Assembly (NCBI GenBank): GCA_965112735.1
Contig: OZ218957.1
Span: 3,100,001 to 3,164,000 of the forward strand
Length of the DNA stretch: 64,000 nt
From: Phaeosaccion multiseriatum
Lineage: Eukaryota; Protista; Ochrophyta, other classes
Reading direction: 5' to 3'
Position 1 is the stretch's first letter. Every line of letters begins with the position of its first letter. A model generated the notes under the pieces. The model was not told the origin of the DNA. It ran no database searches and saw nothing but the letters and a program-made list of their open reading frames with translations. Of this stretch, positions 30,321 through 41,889 are shown one piece after another. The translations under genes and the position numbers were made by a program.

Positions 30321-33164
30321 CTACTCTTCGAAGGGTACCTTAAAGTCTCCGTACTTGTCAACATCGTCGACAAGCACCTCTGTCAACTCAAGCGATTGCA
30401 CTCCTCCATCGTTCCTGCGCGTCTTGCGGTCCGCCTGTTGTGTGGGAGAGTCGCAGCTTTCAGCTTAATATACCACTTTCAGTTTCAATTAAAAATTAAA
30501 AAATCGAATACCAATATCAACATCAATATGAATAATATATCGAACATCAGACAAATATCGACTATGGGACATGACGGTTGAATGCCCATCAAAGCCTCTA
30601 CTTGAGAATAGACAGCCAAGTTCACCCACCCATCCATCCATCCATCCATCCACCCACGCCATCCCACCCATCCATCCATCCACGCCATCCCACCCACCCA
30701 TCCACCTACCCACCCACCCACCCACCCACCCACCCATCCACCCACCCACCCATCCATCCACCCACCCATCCATCTCTCCACCCACCCATCCATCCACCCA
30801 CCTGGAATCGCATTTTGCCAGCGGACCAGTCCATGGACAGCGCGGCCCTCCCGTCCGCCGCCAGAGAGAGCGGAAATGACAGCGTCAGGCCCCCGGCGGC
30901 GTAGAGCGAGTGATATTGCTGCTGGTACTCCGTGCCAGAGGAGGAGGAGGAGGAGGAGGAGGAAACCTCGCCCTCCTTGCTGTCCTTGCTACCCTCGCTG
31001 CTAAGGCACTCCGGAGGGATGTCATAGATGCCCTTACCCGGCACGCCGAAGAGAGTCGCCTCCTCCTCCGGCGAGGGAAGCTCGGACAGCTTCTCCCTGC
31101 CGATGAGCACCCGGTCTAACTGCATGTCCCACGCCACAGCAGTCTCTGCCATTTGTTGTCCCGTCGTCGGCATCGTGTTGATGTTCTCAATGTTGATCTT
31201 TGCATCATCAACACTGCTGCTAGTGCTGCCGGTGACCTTCCCTGTGCCTGTCGGTCTGTAGTGAAAGAGGCATCGTATCCGGGTATCCTCGTCACGTAAG
31301 GCGAGTTCGGTCCACATGCTTCCTGCCTCGGATACGGAGGTCATGGTGTAGGCATTCCCCACCACCTGTTCACAGATGGCAACAGACAGAGAGGCCATAC
31401 GAGGAGCAGCAGCAGGAGCAGCAGCAGCAGCAGGAGGAGGAGGAGGAGGAGGAGGAGGAGGAGGAGGAGGAGGAGGAGGAGGAGGAGGAGGAGGAGGAGG
31501 AGGAGGAGGAGGGCCGCAAGGTGTAGGGGATGGGGGGTGGGTAAGCGAATGAACCCTGCGCCCTCTTCTTCCACAGGCAGGTCGATGGACCAAGAGGCCT
31601 TAGCCCAAGGGATACCCATCCCTCTCCCCGAGCACGCACACGCTGCACGCACACACGCACCTGGGTCCCCAACGCGGGGCGGAAGCTATCTGGGTAGAGG
31701 CTTGAGTGCAGGGCAGGGGGAAAGAGAGAGGAGAGAGACGGGGAGTCGCCACTGCCGCCACGGCCTTCGCTGCTGTCCTCGGACCCGAGCACTTCTTGGC
31801 TGGTCACGAGCATTCGCTTCAGCTCCTTGTCGTGGGCCTCCTGTTTGTTCGAGGAGAGTGGAGGAGAGGGGAGGAGAGGAGAGGAGAGGAGAAAGGAGTG
31901 GAGAGGAGAGGAGCGGAGAGGGGAGAAAAGAAGAGCATAGTGAGCGCCTTTCCTCCAGGGGAAAGAGTAAATCTCTTTCTCCCTCTCTCCTCGCTACTCC
32001 AACGACATGAGACCTCCCGAAGGAAGTGGCGGGGGAGGGATTGGGCATCTATAGCCATACCCGACCGTGTGTCCTGCCTTCCATCTCCGGGAGCAATTTT
32101 ATCCTTTGTGGGCACTCCCACTCTGCACCCAACACGCCTGCACACACACATACATACACATATATACACACACACACACAAACACACAAGCCCGGCACGC
32201 ACGCACCCACGCACTCACCGGCGGCCTGTCGTCCTCACTACCCGTGACGGTCGTTCGGGCGGTGAAGGTTCTACTCGGACTCAGCACTTTGATCAGCTTA
32301 ATGGCGGCGGAGGCCTCGGCATTCGCCTCGAACATGGAAGGCGCCTGCGAGCCTGTGCCGGGCCCATCCCCCCCCCCTTCAAGGCCTGACACAATGAACT
32401 CTTCCCACCGGCCCATCCACTCTCCTCCGTGCTTGTTCTCGAACATGTTGAACTGCCACCTGAGGGGGAGGGGGGGGAGAGAGGGGAGTGAAGTTAGCAG
32501 TCGAATGAACGAACGAGGAGAGCGTGGCAACACGGCTCCTGCTGTGTCCCCCTTTGTCTGTCTGTCTCTCCGTCTGTCTCTCTCGCTCTCTCATCTCATG
32601 GCCGTGAGATGTGCTCCTGTAGAGATCGATAGGGGATGTCAATAGTCACTCTTTGAGGCCCCTCCCTGTTCATCTTATCTCTCTGCCACTGCTACCTACT
32701 GCTACTGTCAATCACGCAGCAGTCGCGCACCTGTCGTTGATCAGTATCTTGCTCATTCGGTACTCCTGCAGCATCTCCTCGTCATCTCCGAACATGGACT
32801 CCTCGTCCTGCACCTCATACGTGTCTGTTTCCACAGTGCTGTAGTCAAAGTCGTCCACAGGCGGCCACGCTGGGACCTCTTTGCCTTCCTCCGTAGATGG
32901 CTCCTCCTCGCCTTCGTCCTCTCCTCGCCCCCCTCCCTCGCCGCTGAACAGAGGTTGCCAGCCTCGACAAGCTGCGGCTGCTGGTAATCGATCTAGCTTC
33001 ACTACCAGCTGAGCAGTAGGAGAGTCAGGCTGGAGAGGGTGCCGCTGTTGCCTCTGCCGCTGTGGGAGGGAGGAGTGGACTGGGGGGATGAAGGTGAAGG
33101 CATCCCCGGCCCTCACGAACGAGAGAAGACAGGCAGCGATCAGAGAGGGCCGACGCATCGACAT
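30321..33164 (-). CDS. Plastid-targeted protein, DUF3598-like (~510 aa); exons 32731-33164, 32219-32459, 31661-31840, 30802-31365, 30321-30434
   Basis: Bipartite leader [47 protein letters not shown] and [24 protein letters not shown] resemble DUF3598 proteins; the family call is tentative. Exons join in frame. Confidence 0.7.
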
Positions 33165-33350
33165 ATGTGCACACAGAACAGGGCAGGAAGGCTCACACGA
33201 AGAAAGAGAAAAATTGTTGATTTGCTTGCTTGCTTCTTGGGCCTCGCTGCTTGAAAGAGGATCACAGAATGGACGACCAACCTTCATAGCACAGCACACG
33301 CACACGTCCAAAAATCCCACTTTCCGTCCCTCACAAAGGGGGGTTTCTTC

Positions 33351-34415
33351 ATGGACGGGCGGGACCAGAAGCAGGGTGGGAGGAGGCTCCAGCCCGCTCC
33401 ACCGATCAGCTCCTCAGGGGCGGATGGAGATGGTGGTGGTAGTGCTTCCGCAGCGGCCCCCACCTCATCATGCCTTCCTGCAAGCCAGGGAAGCGACGGT
33501 GAGACCTTCGAGGCTTGTGACCAGGCTCTGGCTCAGACCTTGGTTCTCAGCAAAGTGATGGAGTGTACTGGGCAGGGGTACGACTTCTTCATAGCGGCGG
33601 TGAGCAAGGAGTGGAAGGGGCACTACAGAAGTCTCCATCCGGCCAAGGCGACACTTCACAGGAGGGTGGTGGAGTCCGTGGAGCGTTTGAGCTGGGCCAG
33701 GAAATATGGCTATGAGCTAGATGAGGCGACGTTCGAGAATGCGGCTGAGTATGGAGACGTGCCTATATGCAAGGCTCTTCACAGCATGGACTGTGCCTGG
33801 GACAGGATTGTGTGTAATGCCACTGCGAGGAATGAGAGGCACGGACTAAGCATCCTTCAATGGCTGAGAACGGAGGACCTGCCCAATAAGGAGAGATGCC
33901 CGTGGGATGGAGGGGTGTGTTTCGCAGCAGCTCGGCAGGGGAAGCTGGAGATGCTGGAATGGCTGCTCACGGACGAGGTGAATGTGTTCTTTGACTATGG
34001 ACTGCTGTTAGAATCTATTCGGTCGGGCCATATTCCTGTGATCGAGTGGGTGCTCCACCATCCCAAGGTCAGACCTCAGATGGAGGCGGCAGAACAAAGC
34101 AGCGGGTGGAGACTAGGAGCTGAATGTGCGGCCCAACAAGGCAATCTGCAAGTGCTGCAATGGCTGTACGCAAACGCACAGGAGCTGTGCAAGTGGGATG
34201 AAAAGGTCTGTGGAGACACCGTGTATCACGCCAAGAGCCTCCCTGTTCTGAAATGGCTCCGCTCGGAGGAGGTTATGTGTCCCTGGGACAGGAGGGCATG
34301 TCCACAGTATTGGAAAGACGAATATGGTGAAGCCTGGGATATGCCCCCTGCCGTATTGGAGGAGATGAAGCAGTGGGTGCATGCCAATGGACATCCTTGT
34401 AACTGCCAGGACTGA
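33351..34415 (+). CDS. Intronless ankyrin-like repeat protein ('CPWD' type) with F-box-like N-terminal segment, copy 1
   Basis: Repeats AARQGKLEMLEWL, AAQQGNLQVLQWL and CPWD. YDFFIAAVSKEWK is F-box-like. 354-aa ORF of normal complexity. Confidence 0.85.
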   Translation: MDGRDQKQGGRRLQPAPPISSSGADGDGGGSASAAAPTSSCLPASQGSDGETFEACDQALAQTLVLSKVMECTGQGYDFFIAAVSKEWKGHYRSLHPAKATLHRRVVESVERLSWARKYGYELDEATFENAAEYGDVPICKALHSMDCAWDRIVCNATARNERHGLSILQWLRTEDLPNKERCPWDGGVCFAAARQGKLEMLEWLLTDEVNVFFDYGLLLESIRSGHIPVIEWVLHHPKVRPQMEAAEQSSGWRLGAECAAQQGNLQVLQWLYANAQELCKWDEKVCGDTVYHAKSLPVLKWLRSEEVMCPWDRRACPQYWKDEYGEAWDMPPAVLEEMKQWVHANGHPCNCQD

Positions 34416-35110
34416 GTGAACAGGTGCCAACGAAGGGAGAGGGAAATGGTGGCGGTGAGAGGGCGAGAGAGCGACTCCGAGCTGACGTTACTTTGAGGTA
34501 CCCAGTCTGTGTGCTGATCGGATGATCGATCATCTGCCGTCCGTACACGCAAGGGGTAGGGTGCTTGGGTGTAGTAAGAAGGAACGGGAGGTGGAGGTGT
34601 TCATGTAGATTGTAGATCGTACGAGTGTCTAGCCTGCTGCACGGGAAGAGCTCGAGAGGGGAGGGAAGAGATGCGGGGCTTCAAGGGTCTGGGGCAAGCG
34701 GGGGCCCAGCAGGGGTGGAGTGCCGAATACATGTGCAGCATGCACGGAGAGGCTGGGGACAGGGCAGCCACGGCCTAGGCAGAGAGCACGGGATAGGGGG
34801 GGGGTAGGTCCACCAGAGGCAGCGGGCGTCAGGTAGAGTCTAAGAGAGGAGCCGAGGGGGGGAGGGGGATGGCAGCGGATGGGGAAGGGCTCAGTGTCAG
34901 TGCTGTGGATGGAGCCTGCGTGCCTTCTTTCCTCCGCCGCTGCTATGGGGCGGGGCGAGAGGAGAGGAGGCTGCGAAATGGCATAGATCGATTGATTGAT
35001 GTTGATTGACATTGATTGAGAGTGACGTTTTGATTTGGGAGGGAAGGGTGGAGCGCTGTGACGCTGCTGTGACGGGCATCGATTGAATCGAGTAAGGGAG
35101 AGAGAGAGAG

Positions 35111-35472
35111 TCTGCCACTCCGTACTCACGGTGGCGACGGTGGCTAAGGCCACAAATAAGGCAAAATCACAGGCCCAACTCCGAATGACCAACTTGCCTC
35201 TCGCTCACCCGCACTATGACCCCACGAGGTACCATCTCGTCCCTTTTGGTATGGAACAGCAAGGCGCATTTGGTCCGTCTGCCCAGGTGTTTATTAAAAC
35301 ACTCGCCACCCACATGGCTGGGGGGCACGAACATCTGGACATGAGGGCTTATGCGAGCGCTGTTTGCGTCATTCGGCGGCGATTGGCCGTTGCGCTCCAG
35401 CGGGCCCGACACGAAAGATCGATTCGACACAGGATCCTGGCTGGTATACTTTATTCCGATGGGGAGAACTGA
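35111..35472 (+). mobile_element. 5'-truncated non-LTR retrotransposon relic: C-terminus of a restriction-like endonuclease (CRE/NeSL/R2-type) ORF
   Basis: YHLVPFGMEQQGAFGPSAQVFIKTLA...IRRRLAVALQRAR matches the FxPxxxExxGxxG...RLSVALQR C-terminal pattern of RLE-LINE proteins. Starts abruptly after a (GA)n tract. Confidence 0.75.
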
Positions 35473-36078
35473 CGCATACGACCTCGGGGGCTAAGTTCCC
35501 CGCGGGGCGGTGAGCCATTACTTTTAGACAACCATAGATGGCACTTAAGGGTACCACACTTTTGCTTTCCTCCTGCCTCGCCTCCCCCTTTCACCTTCCT
35601 CTCCTCCACTCTCTCTTCTCCCACTTCTTGCCAACTCCAACCCTCTTCTCTCCTCCTCCTCCCTGCCGAGGGCGCAGCCCGAAGCACCACCTTGTAAGGG
35701 TGTAATATATTCTCCCCGCGCGTGGTTCATTCCCATTTCCATCATTACCCCCCCCCCCCTAAAATCCCTACCCCCCCAAGTAGAAGGTACGAGTGTGGTG
35801 AAGGGTTAAGGCTGGGAGGAGACTGGGAGATGGCGCCGGAGTCCATCATATCCTGCGAACTTGTTGCCTCCTGCTCCTCGGCAAATTCCTAACGGGATCT
35901 CCCCTCCTCACCTCAACTACCCCAACCCCAGGCTCCACTGAACAGAGAACCCCCACCAGAGCTCCATCCATCAGTTCCATACCCTCGATCACCGACCAAC
36001 ATGGGCACATAAAAAAGAAGCAACCAGTCAGAGGGTTGGTCGGTGCAGAATACACTGCGGCGCGGAGGCTGTAAAGGC

Positions 36079-37119
36079 ATGGACGGGCGGGACCAGAAGA
36101 AGCAGGGCGGGAAGAGGCTCCAGCCGGCTCCACCCATCAGCTCCTCAGGGGCGGATGGAGGTGGTGGTGGTAGTGCTTCCTCAGCGGCTCCTATCTCATC
36201 ATCCCTTGAGATGTTCGAGGCTTGTGACCCGGCCCTGGCCCAGGCCGTGCTGCTCAGCAAAGTACTGGAGTACACTGGTGGGTGGCACGACTTCTTCATA
36301 GCGGCGGTGAGCAAGGAGTGGAAGGGACTCTACAGACATCTCTATCCGGCCAAGACGACGCGGTTCTCGAGTGTGGTGGAGTCCATGGAGCGCTTGAGGT
36401 GGGCCAGGAAGTACGCGGGTGAGCCTGGCGTGATGGTGTTCAGAGCCGCTGCTGAGTACGGAGATTTGCTCATGTGCAAGACTCTTCATCGTATGGCGTG
36501 TGTCTGGGATGAGAGCGTGTGTGTGGCGGCTGCGAGAAACGAGAGGTACGGACTAAACATCCTCCAATGGCTGCGGACGGAGGACTTGCCTTGTAAGGAG
36601 AGGTGCCCATGGAATGTATTTGTGTGTGAGCAAGCAGCTCGACAGGGGAAGGTGGAGATGCTGACGTGGCTGCTCACGGACGAGGTGAAGGCACCTTTTG
36701 ACTCTGGCACTTTACTGGCATCTATTCGTTGCGGGCGTCTTCCTGTGATCGAGTGGGTAGTCCGCCATCCCAAGATCAGAGCTCCGATGGAAAGGGCGTT
36801 TCTAAACAGCGAGTGGAGAGGTGCGGCTGAATGTGCTGCCAGGGAAGGCAATCTGCAAGTGCTGCAATGGCTGCATGCCAACGCACGAGAGCTGTGCGCG
36901 TGGAATGAAAAGCTTTGTCGTGACGCTGTGTTTCACGCCAAGAGCCTCTCTGTTCTGAAATGGCTGCGAGAGGAGGCCGTGTGTCCGTGGGATAGCAGGG
37001 CATGCCCACAGGTCTTGAGAGATATGTATGGTGTTTACTGGAGTATGCCCCCCGCTGCCTTCGAGGAGATGAAGCAGTGGGTGCACGCCAATGGTCACCC
37101 TTGCCCCTGCGACGACTGA
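36079..37119 (+). CDS. Intronless ankyrin-like repeat protein with F-box-like segment, copy 2 (paralogue of 33351-34415)
   Basis: Same start MDGRDQK and collinear similarity through to the C-terminal EEMKQWVHANGHPC. Confidence 0.85.
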   Translation: MDGRDQKKQGGKRLQPAPPISSSGADGGGGGSASSAAPISSSLEMFEACDPALAQAVLLSKVLEYTGGWHDFFIAAVSKEWKGLYRHLYPAKTTRFSSVVESMERLRWARKYAGEPGVMVFRAAAEYGDLLMCKTLHRMACVWDESVCVAAARNERYGLNILQWLRTEDLPCKERCPWNVFVCEQAARQGKVEMLTWLLTDEVKAPFDSGTLLASIRCGRLPVIEWVVRHPKIRAPMERAFLNSEWRGAAECAAREGNLQVLQWLHANARELCAWNEKLCRDAVFHAKSLSVLKWLREEAVCPWDSRACPQVLRDMYGVYWSMPPAAFEEMKQWVHANGHPCPCDD

Positions 37120-37174
37120 CGGACAAGCCTTTCGCATCAAGTTTCTTTACACGACCGCACCGAATTTTAGCCAT

Positions 37175-37265
37175 CAGCCCTCGGCCCTTCGCCCTGAGCC
37201 CTGAGCCCTGAATCCGGCTGTGCGGCCATGCGGGGCGATCCACACCGACAATCAATACACCTTGC
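37175..37265 (+). repeat. Dispersed ~90-bp repeat, copy 1 (inverted partner at 50253-50336)
   Basis: (AGCCCTG)n followed by GGCTGTGCGGCCATGCGGGGCGATCCACACCGACAATCAATACACCTTGC. Confidence 0.85.
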
Positions 37266-37762
37266 ATTCCCCCTTCCTGCGTCTCTATGTACGGCTTTCT
37301 GAGTGATTATTCGTAATCGCGTTTGACGTGGCTTGGAAACCTTGAAACCTTGGGGTCGCCAATCCTTACTGCTGAGTAGCTCCTCCCTGGGTAGCTCGCC
37401 CCCCTGGGTAGCTCGGCCCCCTGGGTATCCCTCCGGCAAGGTGTCCGCAGACATACGCTGTATGGTAGCCAATGGCCGTGATATCTGCTCTGTCCCATGT
37501 GGTGGGGTCGATTTCGCTGTTTCGAAGGAGTCGATTTTTTTCGTTTCGAAGAGATCGGTTCCGGTCATGTAGTCCCTCATTCTCTTCACCCTGGGGCAGT
37601 ACTGTACAGCACAATAATTGTAGGAGCAGAAGAGGGTTGCAGCATGCCCAGCTGTAAGGCACAACGACTTGAGCGTTCTGCTGCCTTCGCCTTTGCGTTG
37701 GCTCGGCCCTCCTCCTCCTCCTCCTGCTTGCACAGATGGCCTTCACCACACACCTCAAGACG

Positions 37763-37892
37763 GTCCACCACGGAACAAACAGGGCGCGCTTATAAGCATC
37801 TGGGGTAAGCGTCCCTTCAGCCCTTCAGTCCACCACGGAACAAACAGGGCGCGCTTATAAGCATCTGGGGTAAGCGTCCCTTCAGCCCTCCA
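37763..37892. repeat. 65-bp tandem duplication
   Basis: GTCCACCACGGAACAAACAGGGCGCGCTTATAAGCATCTGGGGTAAGCGTCCCTTCAGCCCT occurs at 37763 and 37828. Confidence 0.95.
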
Positions 37893-38465
37893 GTCAGCCG
37901 CAGCATGGCCTCTGTCGGTCTGGCCAGCGTAGAGGTTAGTTGAGATACTCAACCCTCCCCCCCCCCCCCCCCAAGCGCACGTAGCAGGAGCAGCACGACA
38001 TTGCTACCCTAATACAGCCAAGTACGTCACAATACAGCCAAGTACGTCAGGTCCCATCTCGCGCCACCCTCCGTCCCATCTGCAAACTCATAGGGTGGAG
38101 GAAGCTTCACGTGCATGTGGAAGCGGAAACGGTACAATAACGGCAAAGGCAAAAGAGTCCTCCAGCTGGCTCGTGCTTTCCCTTGTTGGCTGACATTCTC
38201 TCCCTTGAGAGTGTGCATGACAGCGGCAGACTGACTCAGACAGACAGACCCCCCCAAACGCACAGGCCTTTCGGCCCACCACTACCGTCGTCAAGCAGCC
38301 GCTCAAGCAATCGGTCAGTCGGTCGGTCGATCGGTCGGTCCGTCGGTCCTCTTCCCTTCATGGTCGGAGGGTTGGGCAGATGCCTCTTCACAGCGCCACA
38401 CACACACCACACCTCACAAGGTGGCGAATCTTCTCAATCAATCACTCACTCACTCCTGAAACGGC

Positions 38466-38961
38466 TCTCCGTTGGCGACGTGGAGTTCCCCGTCTGAATA
38501 CGTGTAAGACTATTTACTCTTATGTGAGTTCGTCGGGGAAGCGGGGGCTCGGAGGGTGGAGGGGAGTGGTTGCCTTCCGGGAAGTTGTGGCCGATTGGTA
38601 GAGTCGGTGCCCTCCTGCGAGGGTGACTGCGTACGGGCTCGCTATCGGGCTTGCTGTCGGTTTCCTTTGGGGCGATAGCGAGCCCTCCTGCGAGCCCGTG
38701 CGCAGTCACGCTCGCAGTAGGGGACTGACTCTCACCAATCGGCCACAACTTCCCGGAAGCTAACCACTCCCCTCCACCCTCCGAGCCCCCGCTTCCCCGA
38801 CGAACTCACATAAGAGTAAATAGTCTTACACGTATTCAGACGGGGAACTCCACGTCGCCAACGGAGATGGCACCGACGATTCCCACGTGGTCTCCCACCG
38901 CAGTACTAAATCGGCTCGACACTGCCTGACTTCCGAGAACGGACGGTCATGTCACCGGAGA
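38466..38961. mobile_element. 496-bp insertion containing a ~400-bp fold-back (38466-38867); non-autonomous element or hairpin-RNA locus
   Basis: 38466-38571 is the exact reverse complement of 38762-38867; the inner stem is imperfect. Termini are TCTCCG...CGGAGA. An empty-site copy of the flanks lies at 38993-39033. Confidence 0.75.
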
Positions 38962-39000
38962 AGCTGAGGAGGAGACACACTCACTCACTCACTCACTCAC

Positions 39001-41889
39001 TCACTCCTGAAACGGCAGCTGAGGAGGAGACACCACAGACGCAGATTCGCATAGCTCCCCTTGGAGGGCCTTTCTCAATGCAGCATCTCCCACCCGGAAC
39101 GGATGGCCCACAATCTTTCCCTCCTCTCGCTGCGTCGCCACCGCCGCCATCACCGCCTCCACATCCTGCTCCCTAAAGCCTTGCCTGCCCAGGGGCAAGA
39201 TCCCTTTCTCTGCCACCATTGCATCCACCCACTGGACCAAAGCCTCCGCTCCGACGGCCCCGTCCCCCGTGATGAGGGCACACGCACGCTTGTATCGCAG
39301 AAGACTGAGCTGAGCCTCACTCGCGACGGCGGCGCTGGCACTGGCGGCGGCCCGTGACGCGTCCGTTGCTGTCGTCGTGGCAGCCGTGGCAGTGGACAAA
39401 GGCACAGCAGTTGGTGATACAACCGGGGCGAGAGCGGTGGAAGTGGAAGAAGAGGGGGAAGAAGAAGAGGTCGCGCTGGTGGTGGTGGTGGTGGTGGGAG
39501 TGGGAGTGGGAGTGGGAGTGGATGCACCCGACACCTCCGCCTGCAGTACGGAGAGGTGTTCCTCAATCATGCGGGGCAGCAGTCGGGCCACAGTGCTGGA
39601 GTAGGGAGTGCCCGCCACACTCGACACTGCCTCGGCCACCATGTGCAGCAAGCCCCAGCCCTTTTTGGACCTTCAGAGAGGGACATGAGAGAGAGGGAGA
39701 GAGAGAAGAGAAAGAGGGAGAGGTAGTTGAGAGAGAGAGCGAGAGAGAAGAGAAAAAGACACACAGAGGGAGACAGAGTGAGGAGAGAGAGGGGTCAAGA
39801 CAAAGACACAAAAAGACAGGGTGTGTGCGTCAGGACACACACAGAGAGAGAGGGTCATAACACAGAGTATCAAGAAAGAGGCTTTTAATTGCTTCCAGGA
39901 CAGGAGATGTCAGGACAGAGGGTGTCAGGACACACAGAGGAGAGAGAGCGCAGGTCCGTAGGTCCGTGGACAGGCACCCCACCTTGTCAGTCCACACAGC
40001 ACACTCCCGTACGCGATGGCCTCCTTCTGCTCGTAAGACGCCCCAGTGAGGGTGAGCTCCTGCGTGAGGCAGGTGGAGAGGCGCGTGAGGCCCTGGTGGG
40101 CCATCATATCCTCCATGAAGCCCCGCCCGTCAAGGAAGGCTTCGAGGCAGCCAGCAAAGGCCACCACCGCACGCGGCCACGCCTCCTCCAGCGGCAGGCG
40201 GAGGGACAGGGCGGGCTCGCACAGCGCTGCTCTCATCGTGGGTGGTGGTGGTGGTGGGGGTGGTGGTGGTGGTGGTGGTGGTGGTGGTGGTGGTGGTGGT
40301 GGTGGTAGTGGTGGTGGTGGTGGTGGTGGTGGTAGTGGTGGGGTTGGGGATGAGGACAAATGCGAGAGACACAGGGGGGGGGAGAGGGAGGGAGGGAGGG
40401 AGGGAGACACACAGAGAGAAAGAGAGAGAGGGAGAGAGACCAGGGGAGAGAGGGAGGGATGGGGAAGCAACATGAGGAGGTTAGCAACACGAGAGAGGGT
40501 GAAAGGCCGAGTTCGGACACCCCGGGTAGCCGCGCTTGAATGACTGAATCACACATGACACCAGATACGGACGGTGCACTGCGTGAATAACTACGTAATG
40601 ATTACGTACGTGCGACATGAAAAAAACTTACCCATAAAGGGCGCGGGCATGGCCGCCGCCGTGTTGCCCCACCCCACGGTGGTGGTACAGTCGTCGAACG
40701 GGTCATAGAGGAAGTTGGCCACACTCGTCACCTCCGCCCCGCAGCCCGGCACCAGTGGAACAGTCACAAGGGGGAGAGGAGACACGACCACGCCCTCCAC
40801 CTCCTTGCTCTTGAGGGCGGAGCGAGGGTGGCGAGCGTTGCTCACGAGCCTCTTTAGCGCATCCTTGTGGTCGTGGGAGGCGTAGGCCAGGGACGCGATG
40901 AGCTTGGCTGCGTCGATGATACCCGCTCCGCCGATAGCCAACACGTAGTCGGCCTCGTGTCTTAGGGCCTTGTCCGCCCCCTCCGTAATGCACAGGGCCG
41001 TGGGCTCGGTTTGCACGTTGTGCCACTCCATCTCCTGCCCACGAGGGTAAATCTCCCACACGATGGAGTCCGCCTGTGTGTGTGTCGGTTGGTTGGGTGA
41101 TGGTGTGATGGTCGGTTGGTTGGTGGTTGGTTGGGGAGCGATGCAGGAATTCGACTGCCCATCACTCGACTCGGCTTTGGCTACTTTCGTGTCCCTTTCT
41201 CTCTGGCCCGGCCCCGAAGGAAGAAGACACAAAACAACAAAAACAGCGCCACACAAACAAAGCACACTCACCCTTGCTTGGTTCCAGCCCGTGACGATGA
41301 AGGGTCTCTTGAGCCCCAGCCCGTCGAGCTCCACGAGTCCGATCTCCAAGGCGTTTATGCCCAACACCACGCGAGGGTCGCATGTGAACACGTCTGTGGG
41401 CTCTCTCTCCATCACGCCCAGCTGCAGTGAAAACACGCCCCCCACCCCCGCAATGTGTGGGCTGTTCATGCGATCCAGCTCTGGTGTGTGTGTATGTATA
41501 TGTGCGTGTTGGATGGAGACGAGGATTGTATTAGGGAGGGTTGATTAACTGATTGCGCCCACCCTCAGGCAGACTCACCACTCACCAGGAATGCCTTCCG
41601 TGCCCGTGCCGGCGGCCGCGCGAACGCTTCCCACGCTCTCAAGTCTCCTTCGTGGCGATCCTCGTCCTCCTCGTCCTCCTCCTGCCGCTGCTGCTGCTCC
41701 ATGTGCTGCTCTTGAGGCTTGGGGTGCACTCGAAGGTGCTGAGGGTGTCCATGGGCTTGGTGCCTTGGCTACAACCGCAGAGGTCGCAGGAGCCGACGCC
41801 AGGAACGCGTTGCAGCCACATGAGACAAGCAGCACGGGCGAGAGAAGCCTGGCCGCGCCACGAGGCTGCCACGTCGAAGGAGCAGGCAT
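39001..41889 (-). CDS. Plastid-targeted iron-containing alcohol dehydrogenase-fold protein, probably catalytically degenerate; 5 exons (41586-41889, 41272-41480, 40632-41073, 39983-~40226, 39001-39670)
   Basis: Leader ...LLVSCGCNA-FLA. EPT..ADYVLAIGGAGIIDAAKLIA, PLPLVTVPLVPGCGAEVT and GWGLLHMVAEAV..TPYS align to Fe-ADH motifs. Confidence 0.78.

Noticed and set aside
37500-37733. TLKSLCL BC-box-like peptide in the minus-strand ORF 37167-37733
   Set aside because: A short chance-level match in a repeat-rich intergenic region with no supporting gene structure.
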